Part shown: positions 1-9,999 of the stretch, one piece after another
How the letters are laid out: the number at the start of each line of letters is the position of its first letter
How positions within the stretch are numbered: the stretch's first letter is position 1
Origin: the human T2T-CHM13v2.0 reference genome, Homo sapiens
Direction: 5' to 3' (one strand)
Length of the DNA stretch: 64,000 nt
Assembly (NCBI RefSeq): GCF_009914755.1
Contig: NC_060931.1
Translations under genes and position numbers: made by a program
The notes under the pieces: model-generated
What the model was told of the DNA's origin: nothing
Database searches by the model: none
The model's input: only the letters and a program-made list of their open reading frames with translations

Positions 1-153
1 ACATAGTTTATTTAAGTGCATGTTTTTATCATTCAATGTTTCACAATGGCTGTACTGAATAATGGGCTCACAAAATTCCTGAGAAAGTAAAATTAGTTCT
101 ACTGAGTGGATGCAAACTGTCCCCTGTGCTGGCACAGTGCTTTGTTTACACCC

Positions 154-406
154 GAAGTGGGGCCTTCCCGTCCGTGTTTCCTGGGTCCTGAGGCGGGGCC
201 TCCCCGTCCGTGTTTCCTTGGTTCTGAAGTGGGACCTTCCCGTCCGTGTTTCCTGGGTCCTGAGGCGGGGCCTTCCCGTCCGTGTTTCCTGGGTCCTGAG
301 GCGGGGCCTTCCCGTCCGTGTTTCCTGGGTCCTGAGGCGGGGCCTTCCCGTCCGTGTTTCCTTGGTTCTGAAGTGGGACCTTCCTGTCCGTGTTTCCTTG
401 GTTCTG
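154..406. repeat. Minisatellite, 36-bp unit x7 (GAGGCGGGGCCTTCCCGTCCGTGTTTCCTGGGTCCT)
   Basis: Direct tandem repeat; the overlapping ORFs show 12-aa periodicity; 4 units carry a GC-box GGCGGGGC. Confidence 0.95.
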
Positions 407-601
407 GAGTGCACACTTCCCCCAGCTGAAGTGGGGTCGCAGCACGGGCCAGCACGGTAGTGACTAGGCAACTCCCGCCACCCTGAATTGGCAGTGCAGC
501 AAGGTGCATCCTTGGAGGCCTTGGGGAGGGAATGAGTCCTTGTTTGTACTTAAGCACTTTCCACCGGGCCTCCTGTGAGGCCAGGAACGCGCTGCAGCAG
601 A

Positions 602-642
602 ACTTCCGGAAAGGGCGTCAGCTGCGGCCAATAGTGACTCAG
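602..642. promoter_or_regulatory. Candidate cis-regulatory motif cluster (ETS, CCAAT, AP-1)
   Basis: ACTTCCGGAA at 602-611, CCAAT at 628-632 and TGACTCA at 635-641 lie within 41 bp, between two CpG-rich VNTRs; motif match only. Confidence 0.35.
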
Positions 643-704
643 AGGATGATCTTGTTGGCTGCAGTGGAACACTCATGAGAAGTGTGGTGCCGCCAACCCT
701 GCAG

Positions 705-1002
705 TGGCCTGGAGAGCACGTGGGGACCAGCCCCGCGGTGGCCTGGAGAGTACGTGGAAATCAACCTCACCGTGGCCTCAAGAGCACGTGGGGACCAGCC
801 CCGCGGTGGCCTGGAGAGCACGTGGGGACCAGCCCCGCGGTGGCCTGGAGAGTACGTGGAAATCAACCTCACCGTGGCCTCAAGAGCACGTGGGGACCAG
901 CCCCGCGGTGGCCTGGAGAGCACGTGGGGACCAGCCCCGCGGTGGTCTGGAGAGTACGTGGAAATCAACCTCACCGTGGCCTCAAGAGCACGTGGGGACC
1001 AG
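705..1002. repeat. Minisatellite, 34-bp monomers arranged as a 102-bp higher-order repeat (A-B-C) x ~3
   Basis: A=TGGCCTGGAGAGCACGTGGGGACCAGCCCCGCGG, B=TGGCCTGGAGAGTACGTGGAAATCAACCTCACCG, C=TGGCCTCAAGAGCACGTGGGGACCAGCCCCGCGG; trimers start at 705, 807 and 909. Confidence 0.95.
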
Positions 1003-1389
1003 CATTGTGCTGTGGAGGCACTCAGTGGAGGGGTTCCGAGTGTGACGCGCGTCAGGATTCTTTAACCCATTGATCACTAAAACTCCTTTTAGATGCCGAT
1101 GCGAGAGTGAGGCTGATAAACGAGTCTGAGAGAGTTTGTTCAATAAATACAAGATCATCTGAGGTGATTCCAAAGCACGTGCTGTGGTTCAACGGCACCG
1201 TCTCTGCTCTTCAGTGGACCTGAGCTGAGAAATGGCTTCCAAGTCAGTGAAACAGGCATCGTGGTGAGCTCCTAGCAGAGCTGCCTCCCAAGCTGATTGT
1301 GAGCCTCTCCAGGACAGGCAAGGTTCTTCAGGGTCTATGACTGCACTTTGATGCTTAGGGGCCTGTGTTCTTTCTTCAACAAATACATC

Positions 1390-1876
1390 CACGTTGCTGC
1401 AAAGGACACAATTTGGGGCCACCATCCTAAGCAAATTAACGCAAAAGCAGAAAGCCACACGCTGCCACACACTCTCACACGGAAGCAGGAACCAGACATC
1501 ATCAGAGAGCCACACGCTGCCACACACTCTCGCACGGAAGTGGGAACTACACTCATCAGAGAACCACATGCGCTCACATGGAAGTGGGGACCAGACATCG
1601 GGTACTTACAGCCATAGAGATGGGAACAACAGACACGTAAGAGGGAATGTGAGAGGGAATGTGAGAGGGAGGTGGGAGAAAAGGGCTGAAACTCCCTCTG
1701 GGGGACGTGCTCACTACCTGCAAGACGGGAGCAAGCAAGACGGTACCCCAAACCTCAGCATCACCAGTATGCCCAGGTCACAAGTGTACCCCAAACCTCA
1801 GCACCACCAGTATACCCAGGTCACAAGCCTGCACATGTACTCCCAGATTCTAAAATAAAAGCTGAAAATTAAAAAT
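1390..1876 (+). mobile_element. L1 3' end fragment (old L1PA/L1PB-like) with internal duplications
   Basis: CATCCTAAGCAAATTAACGCAAAAGCAGAAAGCCA...GTACCCCAAACCTCAGCATCAC...CCTGCACATGTAC...TCTAAAATAAAAGCTGAAAATTAAAAA resembles the L1PA13-16 3' UTR and polyA signal. Confidence 0.75.
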
Positions 1877-3571
1877 ACGGATAAGTGAACAGATGTGCCA
1901 CCGACAACCCTCCCACATGCCCCACGGTGCTGCCTCTCGAAACTGACTGGACCTTTTAAAATGTAGTTCAGTCGGTTTAAATCAGCGATTGAAGCAAACA
2001 ACCTGAATTAGTGTTTGGTTTTTTCTTTTTCCTTTTTTTTTTTTGTACTAAAAGGTTTTAAGAGAGTACAAGGGACAGTTTCATTCTCGAGCTAATCTGA
2101 GACTGCAGTGTAAGTCAAAATCGAAGTCACAGAGTAAAATAATTGAAAAGTAATGAAGCTGGCAGTGGCTACATTCCTGCCACACACCAAGTGCCGGCGC
2201 AAGCGCTTCCCACACTTCAATCCGTCTCCCCATCCAGGCTGTGGATTTCCATGCACGCTTCACAAGCAGCTGTGAGGACCACGTGGGAGCCTCTGAGCCA
2301 GCATGGCCCAGGTCTCAGCACACAGCAAGCGACTAATCCATGTGCCCTCGTGACAGCGGCTGTTTTGCTGCATGTCTCATGGCCGGGCCACTGTCACTTC
2401 CTAAGGAGAAAGTGCTGTATCTGCTGCGTGTCTGAGACTCCAGTGTGCTCTGGTCTCTTATGCTATTAACTCGCCGATCAGTGCTTCTGCTTGTGTTTTG
2501 AACATCAAACATCAGCTGAAGCATCGCTCAACGACTTTGCTCTGGGTGACTCAGCTATCAAGGTCTTCCTCCCACAGTGGAATTGCTGTGTGCCCCACTA
2601 ACAGCACCCACAGCAATAGGATAAAGGTCACCAGGATTCTCCTGATTTCTTGTTTCCCAAGATAGGGTCTCTTCCTTCCCCCACAGGCCGGTTCCTTCAC
2701 AGGAGGAGTCAGGGGCTCCGCAGGCCGCTTCTCAGAGCCCATATGCTCCCGGTGTCACTGCTCCCCTCCCGTGGCCCTGCACAGGGTCTGCTGAGTGATG
2801 CCCTCCAGCACTGTGCTGGGCACTGACATCCAACCTGCCAGCTCACGTCAAGAAACTCCACCATCCTCTGGAAAGCCCGACAGTGCCCTGAGCAGGTGCC
2901 GGGGAGTCTCACAAAGCACAGAATCCGGGTCCCGGAGTCCCCAGAGTCCAGCTTCTTGCCAGGGAAATCTCTTTGGAGATTGCTGAGTGCTTTTCGGGGG
3001 CGTCTACGCGTTCCCTTGGCGCTGTGGAACGAGCCAGTGTCTGTGGGGCGTCAGCTGACTTCACGCGGCCCTGTGTTCCGGCCGCTTTCAGCGATGCCTG
3101 TCCTTGCTAGTTCACTTTCTGGCTTTGAGATTTCTCACTGGCAGAGAGAATCGAAACACAGAGAGGCCCGCACCTCCCTCCTCCTGCATCGCGAACGCTG
3201 CACAAGGGCAGCCTCCAGGGCACAAGGGCAGCCTCCGCAGCACAGCCCTGCGGTTTGTTGCTTCAGATTTTTTTTTAACCTCAAATATGCCTAAAAGGAA
3301 AAACAATGCCTCGTGGTCCCCGGCATCCTGTGGGTCTCAGGGCACCCCCGACACCTCCCGACATTATTCCTGCACCCTTGATGCTCCGCCGGATTTCTCT
3401 AAATGGCCGCGTGGATTCCCTTTTCCACACTGTTGGTGGAATTGTGACAGGTGCTGAGCTCTGATCCTGACACGTCTGCACTGGGGAGCCCGCCGTCCTC
3501 TCGCGGGACTTTTGCCCACACCTGTGTAACTGAGGACTCACACCTACTCCTTTTAAGTCTAAAGTAAATAC

Positions 3572-3643
3572 CTGCTGATTCTCAGTGTCCTTTTGTTCCT
3601 TTTTATGAACTCCATGACAATACTGCCAATTTTTAAGTCTCTG
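3572..3643 (-). other. Candidate 72/69-nt spliced exon (unknown transcript)
   Basis: Minus strand has a pyrimidine tract CTTTTTCTTCTTTTCCTCCTTC, a tandem acceptor TTCAG|CAG| and a donor CAG|GTATTT; length is a multiple of 3; no recognisable peptide. Confidence 0.2.
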
Positions 3644-5661
3644 CTGAACATGTTGAAGGAGGAAAAGAAGAAAAAGCCTGCTTCAGCCAGATGTCCATCA
3701 AATGCCAGGTCTGAGTTATGTTTTGAGCCAAGCTCTGGGCCTCCCAAGTCTGTCAGGCCAGGGCGTGGAGACAGTTGGAGAAGCTGCCTTAATAAAGGCA
3801 CAGAATAACAGAGAAAGCCCGTTTTTATCTTCATGGGAGACAAAAAGGGTTTCCAAACACAAAAAAGAAGTCCTTTAAAATTAAATTCACTAGATGAAGG
3901 ATATGCAAATTACCTGAAGAAGCGGAACCCTATAATGTTCTCAAAATTCTGCAATAGCCTATTTAATTAGTATTTTAATTTATCAGACTAATTCTTTGCA
4001 CTTGACAATTTATGCAGCATTCCATATAATTAAGCAGGCAGCTACAGTGGAATAATTTTGCCTACTCTCTTTATCCTCGTTATTTTAACCTGAAAGAATG
4101 TGCAGAAGTCTCTTCTGTAATCTAAATTACAATGGGGATCACTTAATGGCTTTGCTCCATTAGAAGGTGGGAGGGGAGGGAGAGCACCCAGGCCCGGGGT
4201 GAAGCTGTCACCTGGAGCCTGGCCAGCTTTCTGGACGGCACCACTGGCTTCCTTAGGAAGGATCCTCCTCCCTTATGGGGTGGAGCCTGGTTTCTGGCCG
4301 AGCTGAAACGACGTCCCCTAGGGTAAGACCTGCATCCTGTGCCTCACAGCCACCGTAAACAAGCTGCCTCAACGCTGCCACTTTCCACCCAGGGCCCCCG
4401 TGCAGGGGGTCAGCATCTCCGGGTAATTTGGGGACCTCTGTGGACTCTGCCCCTGCCCTGAGGTCAGCCTTCCTGAAACTGGAAGCCACTGGTCAGGATT
4501 CCCCGTGCATGTCAGCAAGGTGCCCAGCCGAGGGCTTTCCTTAAAGCGGAAGTCATTCCTGGGAAGAGGAAGGGGAAAGAGCTTTGAAGGAAGTTGATTC
4601 AGTGATTGGAGCTCTGGTCCCAACCGGCACCTCCTTTCCTTTTTGGGCATCCCAGGGTGGCCACAGAGCCACTGGGAGTGCAGAGGCCTCCTGGGCCCAG
4701 GCGAGCTGCCGTGTCGCCGACTAACATGAGGCCCACCTGGTCGCAGGGCTGATCACAATTCCTGTAAAGGAATCTTTTAAAAATTAGCAATGTCCATACT
4801 TTCCTATTTCAGCCCATTCTCTTTCCCCATGTCGTTTTCTGAAAAGAACTCTAGCAGGGCCATACGTGAGGCCCACGAGGGGCCCCACCTTCCCTCGGAG
4901 TGGACAATCCCGGACTGGGCTCTCCCAGTGGTAATAGGTATTCTATGAAAAAATGGGGTCTTTATTCATACAAGGTTAAGAAATAGCCTGCCAGTCACTC
5001 AGGCCAAACCTAAAACTCCTAAAAAAAAAAGGTTTAAACATTGCAAACCTTCTTAAAGCTTCTCACTCACTACTGTGCACTGTGAGCCTTTCACTCACCC
5101 TCTGGGCGCTGGGGCACACGCTGTTCTCCCAGGACCACGGGCGGTGTGGAGGATGGGCTAGGGGCTGAGGGAGACCTTAGGGAGGGGCAGGGTAGGAAGG
5201 ACCCACGTGTCCTGAGCCCCTCTAGACTGGGGGCTCGCCAGGGTCTGAAGCTTCCTGGAGAAGGCCCTGCTCTAAGCTTCTTTGGTTCTGGGACCTCTAA
5301 CATGTCTTAACATCAAACACGTGCAGTGACACTTCAGTCTTCATTTCAGAACCAAAGACTCTCACTCAGCAAATCCTGAGATCCCGAGATCCTGACACCC
5401 TGACACCTGTTGGAAAGGTTTGGAAGCAGCCATGGAAGCTGTCACCAGTGTTTTATGCTCAGATCTGTGCTGATGTCACACTTTGGACAGCCAAGGGGGC
5501 GGGAAGATGAAGCATAAAACCACCTTCAAGGTGGGTGTGGTGGCATCTGGGGTACCCCGTGACCGAGCAGTGTGGCCCGAGGGTGAGAACGTGGGCTCGG
5601 AGAGGACCAGGCCACAGCTCTGTGCGGCCACTGGCCAGCTGGGCACCACGGGAACATTTAC

Positions 5662-6137
5662 CCCTGTGTGTGGTGTGTCCTGCGTGGCAGTATCTCCTTG
5701 TCCCGTGTGTGGGGTGTCCCGGGCGGTGGTGTCTCCCTGTCCCCTGCGTGTGGGGTGTCCCGGGTGGCAGTATCTCCCTGTCCCCTGCATGTGGGGTGTC
5801 CCGGGTGGCAGTATCTCCTTGTCCTCTGCGTGTGGGGTGTCCCGGGTGGCAGTATCTCCCTGTCCCCTGCGTGTGGGGTGTCCTGGGTGGCAGTATCTCC
5901 CTGTCCCTTGCGTGTGGGGTGTCCTGGGTGGCAGTATCTCCCTGTCTCCTGTGTGTGAGGTGTCCCGGGTGGCAGTATCTCCCTGTCCCCTGCATGTGGG
6001 GTGTCCTGGGGGTGGCAGTATCTCCCTGTCCCCTGCGTGTGGGGTGTCCTGGGGGTGGCAGTATCTCCCTGTCCCTTGCGTGTGGGGTGTCCTGGGTGGC
6101 AGTATCTCCCTGTCCGCTGCGTGTGGGGTGTCCCGGG
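5662..6137. repeat. Minisatellite, ~41-bp unit x ~11.5 (CCTGCGTGTGGGGTGTCCCGGGTGGCAGTATCTCCCTGTCC)
   Basis: Direct tandem repeat, G-rich on the plus strand. Confidence 0.95.
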
Positions 6138-6199
6138 CTGGGCCTCAGGCTTCTCTTTTCCACCCTCTTCTGCCCCCATGTGCTGTGTTCAGTCCTCAG

Positions 6200-6760
6200 G
6201 CCCTGACTGGCATCTGTTCACTGATCAGAGCCATTTTCTTTCCTCCAGCCCCATCCTTTCTGTGGATCTGATATCCCACCTGTCTTCTTGCCACTTCCAC
6301 TAGGATGTCCAATGGTGTCTCCACCCAAATTCCTGACCTCACCGACTTCCCCAAGCCTGTCTGTCCCCCGTGACCCCAGCCTGCCAGGAGCTCAGGCCCA
6401 CAGCCGCAGAGCCGCCTTTATTCTCCTCGGACACAGCACAGCGCGCCTGGTGAGGCTGCAGGTTCTGGCCTCAGGGTGCACATGGGACCGGCCGGCGTCT
6501 CCGCGTGGCCAGGTGCGTCCAGCATCTCATTCTCTGCTCTGGATCTTGCAGAGACCCCAACTGCGCTGCCTGGCTCTTCCATCCATGGTGCCGGGCCCGG
6601 CCTGGGAGGGGCTGCACAGGCCGAGCCGCAGCATGATGTCCCCTGCGCCCAGCACTTCTGCCATGCGAGCCTTGAAAGGGCCTCCACCCCTGCAGCCTGC
6701 ATTCTGTGGAAGCCACGTGTTGCGTGAGGCCTTTCATGCCTGGGAGAGGGAGGTTTGAAG
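6200..6760 (+). mobile_element. Probable degraded L2 fragment
   Basis: CCACTTCCACTAGGATGTCC...CCAAATTCCTGACCTC and GGAGCTCAGGCC motifs resemble the L2 ORF2 3' region; heavily diverged. Confidence 0.35.
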
Positions 6761-7829
6761 AGCAGAAGCACTTAGGCAGGAGAAAAGACAAATTAATGAA
6801 CGTGTCAAATCCTGCTGTTCAGGTTACAGAAAAGCCAATGATTTCTGCATAAAGAAGTATCCGTTCCTGGCAGTGCCAGGTGCCCACTCTTGCGTTTCTT
6901 TGCACGTCGGCTCACAGCTCTAGAAGTACTCACGGACAAATGTGGAGGCGCCCCGCAGCACCCCACAATCCCTTTCACTTTTCCACGTCTGTCGAGACAG
7001 GACATGCATGACTCACGCAACCAGCTCATGACATCAGCAACTGCAGGGATCTCAGAGCCAGAATTGCAAATGTCTTATTCTTACAAAAATATGGACTACA
7101 ATTTGATTAAATTGTCACAAAATACAATTTAAAATACAGCTCTATTTAAATACTTTTGATTGAAAATTTTGATATTTTGTGAATTATATTTGGCTTTAGA
7201 ATTTTAATAATTCACATTAAATCTTTTTGAAGAAAAATAGCTTTTGAAGCATAGTTTTAGTTTACAATTTTAAGTGCATTTTTATTTTTAATGAAAATAC
7301 TTCTACATCTTGTACCCTGTGTGCAATTACAGTTGAATCATTTCTGTCTAAAACACCCCAACTTTATGAAGATCGTCATTAAACAATCTAATTAGTGACT
7401 TCATGAAACAAGGGGAATAAAATGCATTTACAAATAAATATACAATAATTTACAAAATTATGTATGTCATTAATTTATTACTCAGCCAAACCTTACCAGC
7501 CCATCGAGAGAACATCACTACTCACAGGATTATAATCCAATCCACTGTCTTTTTCATTGGAATAATTTTCAGAAATAAAAACAATAGCTTTATGCACATT
7601 TGAATAATTTTTTTCACTATGAACATATATTTTTCAAAGTATGAAGCATTTTTTTAGCGGCTAATGAGCTTCACATAGACTTTTAAATGTCCAGAAGCCC
7701 AGCATGGAATGCCACTTGCCCTCTGGCCTTGGGCCCCTCGACAGCTGGACAGGGGCTGACTCTATACACTGGGGGGGGGAGGATGCTGGCCACTCAACAC
7801 ACACTCAAGCCTCTCCTCAAAGCCCTGCG

Positions 7830-8285
7830 CTGGCGCATCTCACCCACAGTGAGGTCTACAGTCCAGGCCACAGACACAAGGCCCTTCAGAACCTGGCCCT
7901 TGGCTGCTGCCCTGACATCACCTCCAACAGCCCCCTCGCCCCTGCTCAGCCCCTTCAGCGCGGGACGCCCCGGCCAGCTCCTGCCTCAGGGCCTTTGTAC
8001 CTGCTGTTTGTTCCTGACCCTCAAATGCCTGCCTGCAGCCATCTGCATGGTCCTCCTGTTCTCACCCAACATCGGGCCCTCATCCCATCACCTGTCTGTG
8101 CCCTCATCCAGCTTCATTCTTTCCCAAAACATTTATCACCCTCTGACATGATGCATGCTTGGTTATTATCTATTTTTTCTCTAGAATATCAGTTCCACAA
8201 AGCGAGGATTTGCCCTAGTGCTTAGAACACTGTCCAGCACATTAGAGGACCTCGACGATTATCTGTTGAGGGAATGAATAAGTGA
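7830..8285 (+). mobile_element. L2 3' end
   Basis: CCTGCCTCAGGGCCTTTGTACCTGCTGTT...CTAGAATATCAGTTCCAC...CTTAGAACACTGTCCAGCACATTAG...TGTTGAGGGAATGAATAAGTGA is a typical L2 tail. Confidence 0.7.
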
Positions 8286-8544
8286 CTTATAGGAAGCATG
8301 AGCAAATTAACTCCCTAGTGGCAGCGTTAAAGCATTACTATCTCTAGGATGATCATGCCACCACTGTTACCTCTATTACTAAGACCAGTGGTGGCACTCA
8401 CTAGTGGTGCAGGGAGGGAGTTTCCTATACCTTCCACACCCACAGTTCTAGTTTTGAACTAAAGAGCCAACGATAAAAGGATATCTGAGGATTCCTGATT
8501 TGCAGTCTCATGATTCTCTTCCAATACCGGCTGCCAGCCATGAG

Positions 8545-8957
8545 CACGGGTGCAGGATCACGCATGTACGCCGTGGGAATGCGTGCAGGATCACGCACGT
8601 ACACCGTGGGAACGGGCGCAGGATCACGCACGTACACCGTGGGAACGGGTGCAGGACCACGCACGTACGCCGGATCACGCACGTACGCCGTGGGGACGGG
8701 TCCAGGATCACGCACGTACGCCGTGGGAACGGGTCCAGGATCAGGCACGTACGCCGGATCACGCACGTACGCCGTGGGGACGGGTCCAGGATCACGCACG
8801 TACGCCGTGGGAACGGGTCCAGGATCAGGCACGTACGCCGGATCACGCACGTACGCCGTGGGGACGGGTCCAGGATCACGCATGTACGCCGTGGGAACGG
8901 GTCCAGGATCACGCACGTACGCCGTAGGAACGGGCGCAGAATCACACACGTACACCG
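8545..8957. repeat. CpG-rich minisatellite, 33-bp and 18-bp units forming an 84-bp higher-order repeat
   Basis: GGATCACGCACGTACGCCGTGGGAACGGGTCCA repeats interspersed with 18-bp truncated units. Confidence 0.95.
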
Positions 8958-9086
8958 TTCTGCACAGCTGGCGGACGCTTCCTCTTTCCCACATGGTGTG
9001 GTGTAACCTGATCGTTTGTATGCAAAGCAAACCCATGCACAGCTGACTGTGTCAAAACACAGCCAGAAAGATGCCATGCGGCAGGG

Positions 9087-9126
9087 CACGTGTGTGTGTG
9101 TGTGTGTGTGCGAGCGCGCGTGCGCC
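9087..9126. repeat. (TG)n/(CG)n alternating purine-pyrimidine microsatellite
   Basis: CACGTGTGTGTGTGTGTGTGTGTGCGAGCGCGCGTGCGC. Confidence 0.9.
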
Positions 9127-9999
9127 CCTGCGATCAGCCCAGCAGACAGAGCACGTTCCTGTAACGTGTTGTGATCCACTGCGCGGCAACAACACAAAAC
9201 ACAAGAAAATGTTTTGATGTTAATCATTTTACATCAAGTCATCTGAAAGTAGCATGTTGCCCCAATGTTTGGATGTTTAATTTTGCTAACTGTCAGAAGG
9301 AATTAAAATAACCCTGGAACATAACTGCTTTCCTGACAATTATTTACTAAAACCAGAGATGCCATTTAAAGCTTAATTCCCAGAGAGGGAGAAGAGAAGG
9401 GGGGTGCCCTTGCCTGTGCCTGTGCTGGAAGTGGGCTGTTCATCATCTCTCTTTTCTTCTTTGGCGGTGAGGCCAAAGGCACTGTGGCACAGCAAGCCAA
9501 GAAGAGGCTATCCATGAAGATCGGTCTCCGTGCTATCGTGAACGGGGGCTGATGCCTGACCACCCGAAGGAAGAGAGGAGGCAAGATGCTGTGCCCACAA
9601 GACCCACCCCATGGAGAAACGTCTGCATGGTGACTGGGCTTGCAATGCGGTGATCTCCAGGATGAAAAGATGCCCCCTTAGAGATTTACCACGATGCAAA
9701 GACGCTCATTTCTACCTGAACAGCCAGGGTCCCATCCTGCTTAGTATAGAAATAGCAAAGACGTTTAGGGAGATAAACTAGATGTGCACCTACTGACATG
9801 TGTATAACGTTCAGTGTTTTATTAAACATGTATATATCACGGGCTCCTGGAAATGATTCCTCTCACCAACTCAGATGACTTTCTCTTGAAAGTTAGAAGT
9901 TTTGGGGTTAATTTGTAATTCAAAAATATTAATATTTTATATTTATATTCCATTAAATATTAGGAAGATACCAAAGAATATTATAAAATATGTGTTGGT

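Noticed and set aside
5459-6271. Long ORFs of 223-262 aa on both strands
   Set aside because: They are translations of a stop-poor 41-bp VNTR and are open in several frames on both strands
8425-9227. Repeat-protein-like ORFs (GSRTYAVGTGP; resembles ice-nucleation or silk repeats)
   Set aside because: Unit lengths are multiples of 3 and five frames are open, so the resemblance is compositional
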